Below, one piece after another: positions 1-10,169 of a stretch of DNA of 64,000 bases; the stretch's first letter is position 1, and each line of letters begins with the position of its first letter. The stretch comes from Candidatus Binataceae bacterium (GTDB taxonomy: Bacteria > Desulfobacterota > Binatia > Binatales > Binataceae), in the NCBI GenBank assembly GCA_963789715.1, contig CAWBLQ010000003.1, positions 523,916 through 587,915 on the forward strand, in the 5' to 3' direction. The translations under genes were made by a program, and so were the position numbers. The notes under the pieces are model-generated. The model was not told the origin of the DNA. It saw only the letters and a list, made by a program, of their open reading frames with translations, and made no database searches.

Positions 1-1
1 A

Positions 2-172
2 ATGGACGCAATAAGGAAACTGTATGCCAGCGCTGATGTGTTCGCGCGCGGCCAGACGATGGCCGAGTATGCGCTGATTCTCGCGGCGGTCGCGGTCGTC
101 GTTTTTGCCGGCTACGAGACGATGGGTACGACGATTACATCGCTGCTAAGCAGCGTAGACACCAGCCTGTAG
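2..172 (+). CDS. Flp/Fap family type IVb pilin (56 aa), not in the ORF track because it is under 60 aa
   Basis: Translation is MDAIRKLYASADVFARGQTMAEYALILAAVAVVVFAGYETMGTTITSLLSSVDTSL. The prepilin leader ends ..FARG|QTMAEYAL, which matches the Flp G/xxxxEY processing motif and is followed by a hydrophobic helix. The start could lie upstream of the window. Confidence 0.6.
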   Translation: MDAIRKLYASADVFARGQTMAEYALILAAVAVVVFAGYETMGTTITSLLSSVDTSL

Positions 173-209
173 TTACGCGCCGACAGACTATAGCTCCATC
201 GTTAGATAT

Positions 210-249
210 CAGGTCAGGTTGCGGGCCTTAGCGGACGCAACCTGACCTG
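210..249 (+). other. Perfect 14-bp stem hairpin (caggtcaggttgcg / cgcaacctgacctg, 12-nt loop) 38 nt downstream of the flp stop
   Basis: The arms are exact reverse complements, read directly from the sequence. There is no U-tract after the stem. Confidence 0.4.
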
Positions 250-288
250 TGCATTCCCGCAACTATCGCCCCGTTCGCGCGCGCCGCG

Positions 289-2508
289 ATGCCGGCGCTT
301 CCAATTTCTTCTCTGCCTCTGCTATACGCGACAGGCGTGACTGACTCCGTCGTTTCATCGGTAATCTCCTCGGCTCGTTCCAGTGGGCGGTCGGTTCTCA
401 CCGAAATCGAGAGCAAGCGAATCCTGCATTCGCTCGGCCTGCCGGTCGAAGTGCCGGAGGCCGCGCTGACGGCTGACGACGCTGTGCGGGCGGCGACGCG
501 GATGGGATTTCCGGTCGTGCTTAAGGTGCTGTCGCCGCAGGTGAGTCACAAGAGCGACGTCGGCGGTGTCGAGTTGAATCTCGACAACGAGCCTGCCGTG
601 CGCGATGCGTTCGAGCGGATTCGCGCCAACCTCGCCGCACGCGCCCGCGACGCGCGCTTCGAAGGCGTGGCCGTGCAGCCGATGGCGAAGAAGGGTGTCG
701 AGCTGCTGGCCGGGACGTACCGCGACGATCGATTCGGTGCGATGGTGATGGTTGGGCTCGGCGGCATATTCGTCGAAGTGATGAAGGATACCGCGCTGGC
801 GCTGGCGCCGATTGGCGGGCGTGAGGCGTCGGCGATGACCGCGGGGCTGCGCGGCGCTCAGATGCTGCGCGGGGTCCGCGGTCAGCCCGGGGTTGATATC
901 GATGCGATCGTGTCGTTGCTCGAAACTATTTCGGGAATCGCCGCGACGCATCCGGAAATTGCCGAGATGGATCTCAATCCGGTGGCCGCGTACGAGGACG
1001 GCCTGGCAATCCTCGACGCGCGAATCGTGCTCGCCGACACCGGGACCGCGGCGGCGACGCCGGACCCGCATCGTGCGGCGCGGCTGAAAAATCTCGAGCG
1101 CGCGTTCAACCCGCGCGCGGTTGCGGTGATCGGCGACAAGCGAATGGGCGGGTACATGTGGCTGCGCGCGATGGCGCATCTCAAGGGCAAGCTCTACTCG
1201 GTCCAAATCGATCCCAACGAGATACCTGGAATCGAAGCGCTGGGCGTTGAGAACCGCAAGAGCCTGGCCGAAATCACCGAGCCAATCGATTACGCGGTCA
1301 GCGCCGTCCCGCGCCAGATTGCGCCGCGGATTTTGAAGGATTGCGTCGCCAACCACGTGGGCTCGATCGGATTTTTCACGTCGGGATTTTCGGAGACCTC
1401 GGAGGAGTTGGGCATCAGGCTCGAGGCCGAGCTGCGTGAGATTGCGATCAACTCGGAAATCGCGCTGGTCGGACCGAATTGCATGGGGCTGTACAGCGCC
1501 GGCGCCGGGCTGCGTAATTTCCCCGAAGAAAAAGTCGGCGAGGCCGGCGACGTCTGCTTCATCTCGCAAAGCGGCACCCACACGATCAACTTTTGCCTGC
1601 AAGCGCCGACCCACGGGATCAAGGTCAACAAGGCGGCGTCGATCGGCAACGTGCTGGTGCTCGAGGCGGCCGACTACCTCGACTTGATGTCCGCTGATCC
1701 GGCGACCCGCGTCGTCGGGATGTATATCGAAGGCGTGCGCGACGGGCGCCGCTTCTTCGACAGCGTCCGGCACGCGGCCGAGCGTCATCCGGTCGTTATC
1801 TGGAAGGGCGGGGTGACCGAGGCGGGCGCGCGTGCGACGTTCTCGCACACCGGCTCGCTCGCGACGGCCGAGGCGACGTGGCGCACTGTAGTGCGGCAGA
1901 GCGGCGCGGTCGAAGTATCGAGCCTGGACGCGATGCTCGACGCGGTCGAGTTGTTTGCGCGCGCCAAGCGTCTGGCGGGCAGGCGGATGGGCCTGGTTGC
2001 GATGACCGGCGGGCAATCGGTGGTAATCACCGACACGTTCGCGACGGCGGGGCTTGAAATTCCCGCGCTGTCGGAGTCGTCGTACGACGAGCTGAAGAGC
2101 TTCTTCAACATAATCGGCGGCAGCTACCGCAATCCGCTCGACGCTGGCGGAACGATCGGCGCCGGGCATCATCAGGGCAACCTCGATCGCATCCTTGAGA
2201 TTCTCGAGCGCGATCCGGCGATCGACGCAATCGTGCTGGAGGTTGGCACCGGGCTGCGTGCGGCGCGCTGGGCCGCGCACGAGGACGAAATCACAGGCCT
2301 GCTCGACAAGCTGGCGGATTTTGCCGGACGCTCGACGAAGCCATTTGCGGTCGTGATGCATCCTGCCCACGTCGAGGCGATCGTGACGCGCGGCAAGGAG
2401 CTTGCGCGCGCGCGGGGACTCGTCGTGTTCGACAGTTTCGAGTGCGCCGCGGCGGCATTTCGGACCGCGGCGGACTACTGGGGGAATCGCGCGCAGCTGG
2501 GCAGTTAG
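289..2508 (+). CDS. NDP-forming acyl-CoA synthetase / acetyl-CoA synthetase (ADP-forming)-like: ATP-grasp N-terminal half plus CoA-binding/succinyl-CoA-ligase-like C-terminal half
   Basis: LKVLSPQVSHKSDVGGVELNL is ATP-grasp-like. AVIGDKRMGGYMW...VGPNCMG...ISQSGT is the CoA-binding/ligase part. The true start is probably downstream of 289. Confidence 0.7.
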   Translation: MPALPISSLPLLYATGVTDSVVSSVISSARSSGRSVLTEIESKRILHSLGLPVEVPEAALTADDAVRAATRMGFPVVLKVLSPQVSHKSDVGGVELNLDNEPAVRDAFERIRANLAARARDARFEGVAVQPMAKKGVELLAGTYRDDRFGAMVMVGLGGIFVEVMKDTALALAPIGGREASAMTAGLRGAQMLRGVRGQPGVDIDAIVSLLETISGIAATHPEIAEMDLNPVAAYEDGLAILDARIVLADTGTAAATPDPHRAARLKNLERAFNPRAVAVIGDKRMGGYMWLRAMAHLKGKLYSVQIDPNEIPGIEALGVENRKSLAEITEPIDYAVSAVPRQIAPRILKDCVANHVGSIGFFTSGFSETSEELGIRLEAELREIAINSEIALVGPNCMGLYSAGAGLRNFPEEKVGEAGDVCFISQSGTHTINFCLQAPTHGIKVNKAASIGNVLVLEAADYLDLMSADPATRVVGMYIEGVRDGRRFFDSVRHAAERHPVVIWKGGVTEAGARATFSHTGSLATAEATWRTVVRQSGAVEVSSLDAMLDAVELFARAKRLAGRRMGLVAMTGGQSVVITDTFATAGLEIPALSESSYDELKSFFNIIGGSYRNPLDAGGTIGAGHHQGNLDRILEILERDPAIDAIVLEVGTGLRAARWAAHEDEITGLLDKLADFAGRSTKPFAVVMHPAHVEAIVTRGKELARARGLVVFDSFECAAAAFRTAADYWGNRAQLGS

Positions 2509-2513
2509 CGGCC

Positions 2514-3902
2514 CTATCGCGGCGGCGCGAGCACCGTCATCACCGTGCGCGTCGTCGCCTCGCCATCCAGAAACGCCAGCCATCGCCCCCTCAGCGACCA
2601 ACTCATCGTGACGGTGCCGCGCGCCGGACCTTCGGCCAACAGAAAGGCACTATCGTAGCGCAGCGAATAGGTGACGATTTTGCGCCACGGCACCGCCATG
2701 CTCGGCGCATAGATTTGCATCGCGGCTTCGTCCGCACCCTTCGAATAGGCCATCGTGCTCTGCGCGAGCATTTCCGGCCAGGTGTCAAAGCCGAGCGCTT
2801 TCACGTCAGTCCGGTCCTGTTCGGATTGCGCTATTGCGACTTGCGCGGGCACCGTCGCTTCGGGACGATCGATCGCCTGCTTGAATGAGAGCTCCCGATT
2901 GCCGAGCGTGACCGTGTCGCTGCCGGCCGCGAACGAGGCTGCGCCCGTCGATACGCCCATAAGGTGTTCTGCGCCAGTCGCGATGTTGTACTTGAATACG
3001 CCGATCGTGCGGCGCGAGGGGTCGGGCCCCACGTACAGGAATGAGCCTTCGTCGTCCGCGTCCCAATCGAGTACGTGAATCGGCTGGCGCACGTGAAACC
3101 TGGTGCAGGTGGAGTTGCGCCGATCGATAATTACCGGCGGAGCGCCCGCGTCGCCCTGGCCGACTGCGTAGACACCGTGCGCGCTCCAACTGAGCGCCGA
3201 CATCGGGCATGAGAGCTTCAGCGGCGCGACGGAACTGGCGCCGGTGATGACGATCAACTGCAAGCCGTCCGCCGGAGTCGGCGGCGGCTCGACGTCAGCC
3301 TGATCTGGATCGGATTTCGGAGTTTCGTTGACGGTGGAATCCCCGGGTGGTTCGGGATGCTGCCGCAGCGCGAGCGCGATCGTTGCGTTGTTCAGCCAGC
3401 TCATCGAGATGGAATCGTAGCGGCCGTTGAAGCTCTGAATCACGTTGCCGGGGCCGGTGGCGATCAGGTCGCGAACGATCACATCGACGCGATTGCCACC
3501 CGGCGCGATCATTGCGGTCGCGAGCGTCAGTCCGTTGGGGCTCGCGGCGAGATCCGCGATAGTTCCCTCCTCGGCTGCGCCCGGCCCCGCCTCCGCAGCG
3601 AGGATTCGCCCGGTCCGCCACCCGGTACCTCCGAGGCCGTACATAATCGTGTGCCCAGCCTGGGTTCCGACGACGCCAATCTCTTCGCCTTCCTCGAGCC
3701 AGATGGGGGGGCGCGTCGCAATCGGCGCGAAGCCATCGGGCATCTCGACGTTGGTCAGCACCTTGATGCCGTTGGTGACGTCGATGGTAGTCGAATGCGC
3801 GACGAACGGAGGCGGCCCGGGCTTGGGCGCGGTCGCGGTCGAGCATGACGCAACGCTCACGACACTGAACGCAAGAATCAAGATGAAGACAGACCTGGGC
3901 AT
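2514..3902 (-). CDS. Hypothetical lipoprotein (signal peptide followed by Cys)
   Basis: N-terminus MPRSVFILILAFSVVSVASCSTA has lipobox-like features. No recognisable catalytic motif. Confidence 0.5.
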   Translation of the reverse strand: MPRSVFILILAFSVVSVASCSTATAPKPGPPPFVAHSTTIDVTNGIKVLTNVEMPDGFAPIATRPPIWLEEGEEIGVVGTQAGHTIMYGLGGTGWRTGRILAAEAGPGAAEEGTIADLAASPNGLTLATAMIAPGGNRVDVIVRDLIATGPGNVIQSFNGRYDSISMSWLNNATIALALRQHPEPPGDSTVNETPKSDPDQADVEPPPTPADGLQLIVITGASSVAPLKLSCPMSALSWSAHGVYAVGQGDAGAPPVIIDRRNSTCTRFHVRQPIHVLDWDADDEGSFLYVGPDPSRRTIGVFKYNIATGAEHLMGVSTGAASFAAGSDTVTLGNRELSFKQAIDRPEATVPAQVAIAQSEQDRTDVKALGFDTWPEMLAQSTMAYSKGADEAAMQIYAPSMAVPWRKIVTYSLRYDSAFLLAEGPARGTVTMSWSLRGRWLAFLDGEATTRTVMTVLAPPR

Positions 3903-3963
3903 CGAAAAGCGGTAGTGTATGTAGTGTATTTGGAGCGGCCAAAAAAGGCGACCGATTCATCCG

Positions 3964-5781
3964 ATGAAGAACCCGTTTTTTGAACGATGGTGGATAAGCC
4001 GCGAGGCTCGGCTCGCGATCATTGTCGCGGTCTTGAGCGCGATTGGCGCGGTTGCGTGCGCGGCCGGCGACTGGAAGGCGGGAATCACCTGCCTCGGAGC
4101 CGCGGCGGCTATTGTCGCGGCGTTCTGGTTGGCGGTCGTCAGACCCGCGCGAATCCCGCATGGCGCCGTCGTGGTAGTTCGCCTGGCGGGTCCGATCGAA
4201 GAGGAGACGACTCGCTCGCCGCTCGATCAGCTCATGCGCCGCGGCGCGAATAGCCTCGACCATCTACGCTACGCGTTGGAGGCGGCCGCCGTTGACGCCG
4301 ACGTTCGTGCGATCGTGGTCGAGATCGCGAGCTTCGGCGCGGGCCTTGCCACCGCGCACGAAATCCACCGCCTGATGCGCGCCGCGCAGGCCGGCGGCAA
4401 GCGGGTGATCGCGCTGCTGCGAGGCGACGGCGCGGGCCTGCGCGAGTACCTGGTCGCGGCGGGAGCGGGAGAGATCGCCGCCAATCCCGACACGATGCTC
4501 ACGATGCTCGGCGTCGCGACCGGCGGCGTTTTTCTGAAGAACGCGCTCGACAAGCTGAAGATCCAGGCGCAAACGCTGCAATGGAAAGAGTACAAGGGCG
4601 CCGCCGAGACGCTCGGGCGCGACGCGATGTCGCCGGCGGTGCGCGAGAGCATGGAGGCGATCGTCGCGGACTGGGAGAAAATCCTGGTCGAGGCGATCGC
4701 GGCGGCGCGGAAGATGACGGCGGAGCGCGCGCGCGAGCTGATCGCGGCGGGATTCGTCAGTGCGAAGTTTGCCGTCGAAAATAAACTGATCGACCGCGAA
4801 GGCTACATCGAAGACATCCGTGCTGAGCTCGATCCCGAGGGCAGTCGCAAGGTGTTCGTCAGCCTGGCGCGATACCGGCGCCACGCAATCTTTACCCGCG
4901 AGCGCGGACGGCGCGCGCGGATCGCACTCGTGCACGCCAGCGGACCGGTAATTTCGGGCGAGGCGCCGGCCACCGGCGAATTTATCAGCGGCGTCGCGAC
5001 CGCGGCGCAAATCGAGCGCGCGTCGCGCGACGAACGAGTCAGCGCGATAGTGTTTCGCGTAAATTCGCCGGGCGGCTCGCCGGTCGGCTCCGACCTGGTG
5101 TGGCGGGCGGTGCGCGAGGCGCAGGGGCGCGGCAAGCCGGTCGTCGTCTCGATGGGCGATGTGGCGGGCTCGGGCGGCTACTATGTCGCGGCGGGCGCCG
5201 ACGCGATCGTAGCGGAAGCGGCGACGATCACCGGCTCCATCGGAGTCGTCTACGCGAAATTCAATCTCGGCAGTTTGCTCAACGAGCTCGGCGTCCATTT
5301 TGATTTCGTGAAAAGCGCGCCCATCAGCGACGCGATGTCGATTGCGCGGGCGATGACCGACGGCGAGCTCGCGCAGCTCAATGAAACGATCGGTCATCTC
5401 TATTCCGCGTTCACCGCCAAGGTCGCGCAAGGCCGCCGGCTCAGCGCCGAACAGGCGGAGGCGGTCGCCAAGGGGCGCGTCTGGAGCGGTCTGGCGGCGA
5501 AAGAGCGCGGACTGGTCGACGAAGTCGGCGGCCTGTCGACGGCGATCGCGATTGCGCGCAAGCGCGCGCATATCGCCGAGCATCAGCGCCACCAGCTGGT
5601 GACCTACCGCGCTGAGCGCAGATGGCTGGATTTTCGATTCGGCAGCGCGGACGCGTCGACGCCGTGGGCGATTCGCGCTGCCGCTGGCGCGCTCGGCATT
5701 CCAGGCCGCTGGGCGCCCGCGATGCTCGAGCTGCTCGTGCGCGGCGGCGTGATGCTGCTCTGTCCGTTTTTCGAGCTGTGA
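3964..5781 (+). CDS. sppA: Signal peptide peptidase SppA (protease IV, S49 family, 67K two-domain type)
   Basis: N-terminal TM segment and two ClpP/crotonase-like halves: VVVVRLAGPIEE... and VNSPGGSPVGSD...VVVSMGDVAGSGGYYVA. Confidence 0.85.
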   Translation: MKNPFFERWWISREARLAIIVAVLSAIGAVACAAGDWKAGITCLGAAAAIVAAFWLAVVRPARIPHGAVVVVRLAGPIEEETTRSPLDQLMRRGANSLDHLRYALEAAAVDADVRAIVVEIASFGAGLATAHEIHRLMRAAQAGGKRVIALLRGDGAGLREYLVAAGAGEIAANPDTMLTMLGVATGGVFLKNALDKLKIQAQTLQWKEYKGAAETLGRDAMSPAVRESMEAIVADWEKILVEAIAAARKMTAERARELIAAGFVSAKFAVENKLIDREGYIEDIRAELDPEGSRKVFVSLARYRRHAIFTRERGRRARIALVHASGPVISGEAPATGEFISGVATAAQIERASRDERVSAIVFRVNSPGGSPVGSDLVWRAVREAQGRGKPVVVSMGDVAGSGGYYVAAGADAIVAEAATITGSIGVVYAKFNLGSLLNELGVHFDFVKSAPISDAMSIARAMTDGELAQLNETIGHLYSAFTAKVAQGRRLSAEQAEAVAKGRVWSGLAAKERGLVDEVGGLSTAIAIARKRAHIAEHQRHQLVTYRAERRWLDFRFGSADASTPWAIRAAAGALGIPGRWAPAMLELLVRGGVMLLCPFFEL

Positions 5782-5790
5782 GCCGGGCCG

Positions 5791-6714
5791 CTACAGCGGC
5801 GACCGTTCCAGCTCTTCGCGTATCGAGTACATCTTCTGGCGCGCCTCGGTGATATAGCCGTCGAGGTTGCGGCGATGATTCGCGAACAGTCCATCCGGCG
5901 CGCCGTTCATGATGATCAGCGGTTTCATGACGGCGGCCTTGCCGAGCGCGTCGATCGAATCGTCGAACAGCGTCTTCAGGACCGGGTCGTCCTTGATCTG
6001 CCCCGCGTATTCGCGCTCGAGCGCCTGCATCATGTGATACATCACGTGCGCGTAACCCTGCGAGTGATAGAAGTAATGGTCGCAGTCCCAGCTGTGAACC
6101 GGGCTGCCGTCGTCCTTGGTGGAGCGATACAGGTTCGCATGCGCGTCGCCGAGCAGATCGGTCCAGGTCTGGACCAGGCGGACCAGCTCTACGGCGCGGG
6201 TGTTGAGTTCCCGCGACGACGGCGGCGTGCTATGCAGCCCGGCGACGTACATTCGCAGATGGTCGACGCCGTCGTCGTACTTGCTTTCGGCTGATGGCAG
6301 TATCCATTTCTCGGCGTCGTTTCGAAAATCGGTGTCGGCGATCACAAGGTTCGGATCGTACTGATTCGAGGAAACCTTGGTCAGGTGATCCTTGAAGACA
6401 CGCGTGGTTTCGCGCACGGCCTGGATGATCCCGAGCTGGCGATCGGAGTTGTTGTCGGCCGCGACTTTCGGGCCCCACAGAAAGAAATCGTTGGGCCGCC
6501 AGCCGAAGCCCGTGTGCAGCTCATGGTCCATGATCGCGGCCAGCGTTGACGCGTAGATCTCGCCCGGCACCGTCGGTTTGTCGGGTGGAAAAAGCTGGTC
6601 GATATTGTAGTCGAGCCGATCGTGATACTTCTGACCAAAATGCAGCGCTAGGTTGCCGCCGATCCAAACGAGAAGTAGGGCCGCAGCCCCATACAGAAGT
6701 CGGTGCCGGTTCAT
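5791..6714 (-). CDS. Hypothetical membrane-anchored protein (possibly DUF2333-like)
   Basis: N-terminal TM segment (LLYGAAALLLVWIGG) followed by a soluble domain. No motif recognised. Confidence 0.45.
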   Translation of the reverse strand: MNRHRLLYGAAALLLVWIGGNLALHFGQKYHDRLDYNIDQLFPPDKPTVPGEIYASTLAAIMDHELHTGFGWRPNDFFLWGPKVAADNNSDRQLGIIQAVRETTRVFKDHLTKVSSNQYDPNLVIADTDFRNDAEKWILPSAESKYDDGVDHLRMYVAGLHSTPPSSRELNTRAVELVRLVQTWTDLLGDAHANLYRSTKDDGSPVHSWDCDHYFYHSQGYAHVMYHMMQALEREYAGQIKDDPVLKTLFDDSIDALGKAAVMKPLIIMNGAPDGLFANHRRNLDGYITEARQKMYSIREELERSPL

Positions 6715-6770
6715 CGCTACGGAGTTGGCGTCAAGCGGCGATTTCGCCGGGTCGAACTATATCACGATTG

Positions 6771-7649
6771 CTACGATGCCGCGCGCAGTAGAAGTGCTGC
6801 GGCGGTGGCGCTCTTGAGTTCGTCGCGGCTGGTGCCCAACTGCTTGAGCATCGGAAGCACAGCGCGCGTGAGAAACAGGCGGGCGCTGATGCCGCCGCCG
6901 CCGATGCGAAGGTTCGCGTGATAATTCGGAATCAGGCCGTCACCCGGCATCTTGAAATTCGCGATCACGTACGCGAGATCCGCCAGCGTGCCGATTCGGT
7001 CGTCGTCCATCTCGATCGCAATCATCTCGCGGTAGAAGCCGGCGTGGGCCGCCTCGTCGCGGCTGACGAGGAAGAAAATTGCCTCGAGCGTCGGATCGTT
7101 TTCGACTTCCGCGCGATCCTTCTGCGCGCGATAGGCGAGATAGGTCGCTGATTCCTGCAGCGCGCCGTAGCAACTCATCTGTCGCCGCGTCGCGAACGGC
7201 ACCTGCCACGAGCGCGAGAACACGTCGGTCTCGAACCTGTCGAATTGCGCCTGCGTGCGCAGCCCGGAGCGGATCAGATACTCGCGGAACACCAGTCCGT
7301 GGCGCGATTCCTCGTAGCTCCAGGCGTTCTGAAACCAGGCCAGCCCGAACACCCCGCGCAGCAACTCGTTGCCGGCCGCGGTGTAGTCCGGCAGGTACAT
7401 CTCCTCGGCGCAGTAGGTCTCGATGCGAATGGCGCGCTCCTCGGTGTTGGAGTCCGACGAAAGCTTGTCCCACGGCACATCGTCGAAAAGATTCCAGCGG
7501 CGCTTGCGCTCCGCAATCTCGAAAAAATCCATGTAGGCGCGATAGAACTTGTCTTTTGCGGTCATCAAGAGAGGTACGTCGGCAACGCAGGCAAGGTTAC
7601 CATCTACGAACCTCCGAAAACTAGTCAGGATGGTTCCCTGGAGCACCAT
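6771..7649 (-). CDS. Acyl-ACP desaturase-like ferritin-fold di-iron protein
   Basis: WSYEESRHG...ATYLAYRAQKD...SRDEAAHAGFYREM resembles the EENRHG / DExxH di-iron motifs of soluble acyl-ACP desaturases (DesA type). Start probably at MTAKDKF (about 7565). Confidence 0.6.
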   Translation of the reverse strand: MVLQGTILTSFRRFVDGNLACVADVPLLMTAKDKFYRAYMDFFEIAERKRRWNLFDDVPWDKLSSDSNTEERAIRIETYCAEEMYLPDYTAAGNELLRGVFGLAWFQNAWSYEESRHGLVFREYLIRSGLRTQAQFDRFETDVFSRSWQVPFATRRQMSCYGALQESATYLAYRAQKDRAEVENDPTLEAIFFLVSRDEAAHAGFYREMIAIEMDDDRIGTLADLAYVIANFKMPGDGLIPNYHANLRIGGGGISARLFLTRAVLPMLKQLGTSRDELKSATAAALLLRAAS

Positions 7650-7664
7650 TCGCGCGCGGCGGAG

Positions 7665-8939
7665 TCAGAATATCCCCAAAAGCCGTTTAGTTAGCGAGGC
7701 TTTCCTGGCGATGTCGGACGGTGCGAGCAATGCGATCGTGGTGACCGGCTTGCCGCCCGCGGTCACGTTGGCGGTGCCGATCTGCTGGCCCGCCTTGAGC
7801 GGCGCCTCGATCGACGGCGGCAGGTTGTAATCGACCTTGATCGCGTTGCTTGCGTCGCCACATTTGACGAAAACGCCTGCGTCGTCGCCCCAGACCGGCT
7901 TGAGGCTGGTGATTTCGGCGTCGGTCACCGCGACGGATTGCGCGATCGGCGCTCCCTTCTTCGCGACCGGATGCATCTCGTAGTTGAGGAACCCCTGCGA
8001 GAGCATCTCGGACGCATCCTTGAAATTGGTCAGCTTGTGCTGACTGCCGAGCACCACCGCGACGAGTCTCAGGTCGCCGCGTTTTGCGGTCGCGACCACG
8101 TTGAACCCCGCCTTGTCATAGAATCCGGTCTTGAGACCGTCGCATCCGGGAAACGTCCGCACCAGGTGATTGGTGTTGCGCAGGATGAAGGTCCCGGCGC
8201 GAAACGGCGCGGTGTCGATCGACGACCAGCGGGTCACGTCGGGATATTTCAGCAGCTCGCGCGCGAGAATTGCCTGGTCGTAGGCGCTGGCTACATCGGC
8301 CGATTGTCCCTGCGTGGGCGGCAGGCCGTGCACCGAGTAGTAGTGCGAGTCCTTCATCCCGAGCGCGGCGGCTTGCTGGTTCATCATCACCACGAAAGCT
8401 TCCGTCGAGCCCGCGATATACTCCGCTACCGCCACTGACGCGTCGTTGGCCGAGTGCACGACCACCGCCTTCATCATGTCGTCGAGGGAAAAGGTCTCGC
8501 CCTCCTTGAGATAGACTTGCGAACCGCCCATCGCGGCCGCTTTGCGCGAGGTGGTTATACTGTCGCTGAGCTTGAGCGAGCCGTCGTGGATTTTTTCGGC
8601 GACGATCAGCATCAGCATCATCTTGGCCAGCGACGCGGTTGGCCACGGCGTGTGGTCGTTGGCCTCGAAGATGACGGTGCCGCTGACGGGCTCCAGCACG
8701 CAGGCGGCGGTGTAAGGACCTAGGCTGGTGTTTGACGCGCTGGCGGCACTTTCTTCTTCGGCGGGCGCTGCACTCGCGGCGCCATGATGGCGGCGCGCGG
8801 CGAAGGCAGTAGCCGACGACAACATCAGCGCGGCGAGCGCGACCGTCAACGCGATAAATCCAGACTTTCGACTTACAGGAATTCCGGCGAGCGATTCACC
8901 GGATGTAACAGCTTTCATCACGCACCACCTCCGCAACAC
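7665..8939 (-). CDS. dacC: D-alanyl-D-alanine carboxypeptidase (PBP5/6, S11 family)
   Basis: Signal peptide, SxxK (ASLAK), SxN (SAND) and a C-terminal PBP5 domain. Confidence 0.85.
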   Translation of the reverse strand: MLRRWCVMKAVTSGESLAGIPVSRKSGFIALTVALAALMLSSATAFAARRHHGAASAAPAEEESAASASNTSLGPYTAACVLEPVSGTVIFEANDHTPWPTASLAKMMLMLIVAEKIHDGSLKLSDSITTSRKAAAMGGSQVYLKEGETFSLDDMMKAVVVHSANDASVAVAEYIAGSTEAFVVMMNQQAAALGMKDSHYYSVHGLPPTQGQSADVASAYDQAILARELLKYPDVTRWSSIDTAPFRAGTFILRNTNHLVRTFPGCDGLKTGFYDKAGFNVVATAKRGDLRLVAVVLGSQHKLTNFKDASEMLSQGFLNYEMHPVAKKGAPIAQSVAVTDAEITSLKPVWGDDAGVFVKCGDASNAIKVDYNLPPSIEAPLKAGQQIGTANVTAGGKPVTTIALLAPSDIARKASLTKRLLGIF

Positions 8940-9001
8940 ATCGACCCACTTGGAAAATACTAACCAACAACTCGCGTCGCGGCGAGCGTACGAGACAATG
9001 A

Positions 9002-10072
9002 TTAGAAGCGGTCGGCGGTCCAGAACACCGATCGCGAATCGGCGAAGATTTCGAATGCGCGCGCCGAGGCGGCTTCCGGAGCCATCGCGAACCGATGCGC
9101 GAGTTTATCGGGCGCGAGAACTAGCCACATGTAATTGTTGTCGATGTGATGCGCGACGGGGCAGCCTGCGTCGGCCAGCGCTTTTTCGAGTCCGGGATCG
9201 TGCGCGCTGTGCGTGACGAGAACCGGCGGCGCGGCGGGCGTGGCGGCGCTCTGCAGCAGCGCGGTGCGCCGATGGTCTCCGACGCGCCGTACGGCGATCG
9301 GCGCGCCGGCCGCCGCCTGGCCGAGGTACTTGAACGTCGCGAGCATCGCGTCTGTCCCGGCCGCGCCGGCTACGTAGCCGTATTCCATCACCATCGAGAC
9401 GCCGTGGAAGCGCATGACCCGCGCGTACGCCGCGATTCGCGCGCCGTCGCGGCATAGCACGAAATACTCCTCGGAGCCTTCGCCGGGATCGAGCGGCTGA
9501 TTGCCGGCGAACTTGAGGTTCGCGTGCCAGGCGGCGTCGTCGCGGACCGCGGTGACGTTGAAACGGCCGCTGTAGCCGCGATGAATCGCGGCGATCTCGC
9601 CGAGGTCGCGCACGCTGTCGAAACTGTCGATCACGAAACGATCGGGCGCGGTGAGTCCGGCCGCGCCCGCCAGCACGCTGAACTTGCGCTCGACCTCGCG
9701 CCATCCGAACTGGTTGTAGAAGGTAAGGCGCTCCGCGAACAGCAAGGATACCTCGAAGCCCTCGCTCACCATCGTCTCGACCGCGAGACGCATCAGCGCC
9801 GAGGCGACGCCCTTGTGCCGGTAGTCGTCGAGCGTGAAGACGGAGCCGATGCCGCCCATCGGGACTGAAACGCCATCGAGATTGATCGCGCGATCGAAAA
9901 TCTGGACGGTCGAAACGAGCCGTCCACCGTCGCGCGCCACGAGGCAGAGCGCATCGCGAAAGCGCGGGTCGTTATGGTTGTAGCGGGCGAAAAATTCGCG
10001 GTCGTCGTACCATCGCGCGAGCAGGTCGAGCACCTCGTCACGCTCGCGGTAATGCGCAGCCCGGACTTCCAT
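9002..10072 (-). CDS. GNAT family N-acetyltransferase (Eis-like, with an extra C-terminal domain)
   Basis: GNAT motif ..HKGVASALMRLAVETMVSEGFEVSLLF.. in the N-terminal half. Confidence 0.55.
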   Translation of the reverse strand: MEVRAAHYRERDEVLDLLARWYDDREFFARYNHNDPRFRDALCLVARDGGRLVSTVQIFDRAINLDGVSVPMGGIGSVFTLDDYRHKGVASALMRLAVETMVSEGFEVSLLFAERLTFYNQFGWREVERKFSVLAGAAGLTAPDRFVIDSFDSVRDLGEIAAIHRGYSGRFNVTAVRDDAAWHANLKFAGNQPLDPGEGSEEYFVLCRDGARIAAYARVMRFHGVSMVMEYGYVAGAAGTDAMLATFKYLGQAAAGAPIAVRRVGDHRRTALLQSAATPAAPPVLVTHSAHDPGLEKALADAGCPVAHHIDNNYMWLVLAPDKLAHRFAMAPEAASARAFEIFADSRSVFWTADRF

Positions 10073-10169
10073 AGCCTCAGATTTTGTAACTCACATCAGC
10101 GAACGCCGCTACAGAGCCGCTGGCCTTCCAGACAATTCAGTGCTGATGTGCTAATGATAGCCTGAAAGC

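Noticed and set aside
355-2601. 748-aa minus-strand ORF antisense to the acyl-CoA synthetase gene
   Set aside because: Arg/Ala/Gly-rich low-complexity translation typical of antisense frames in high-GC DNA. The plus-strand protein has clear ATP-grasp and CoA-ligase motifs.
5775-5800. Short hairpin (gccgct-ac-agcggc) overlapping the convergent stops of sppA and the DUF2333-like gene
   Set aside because: The stem is only 6 bp with no U-tract. This is insufficient to call a terminator.
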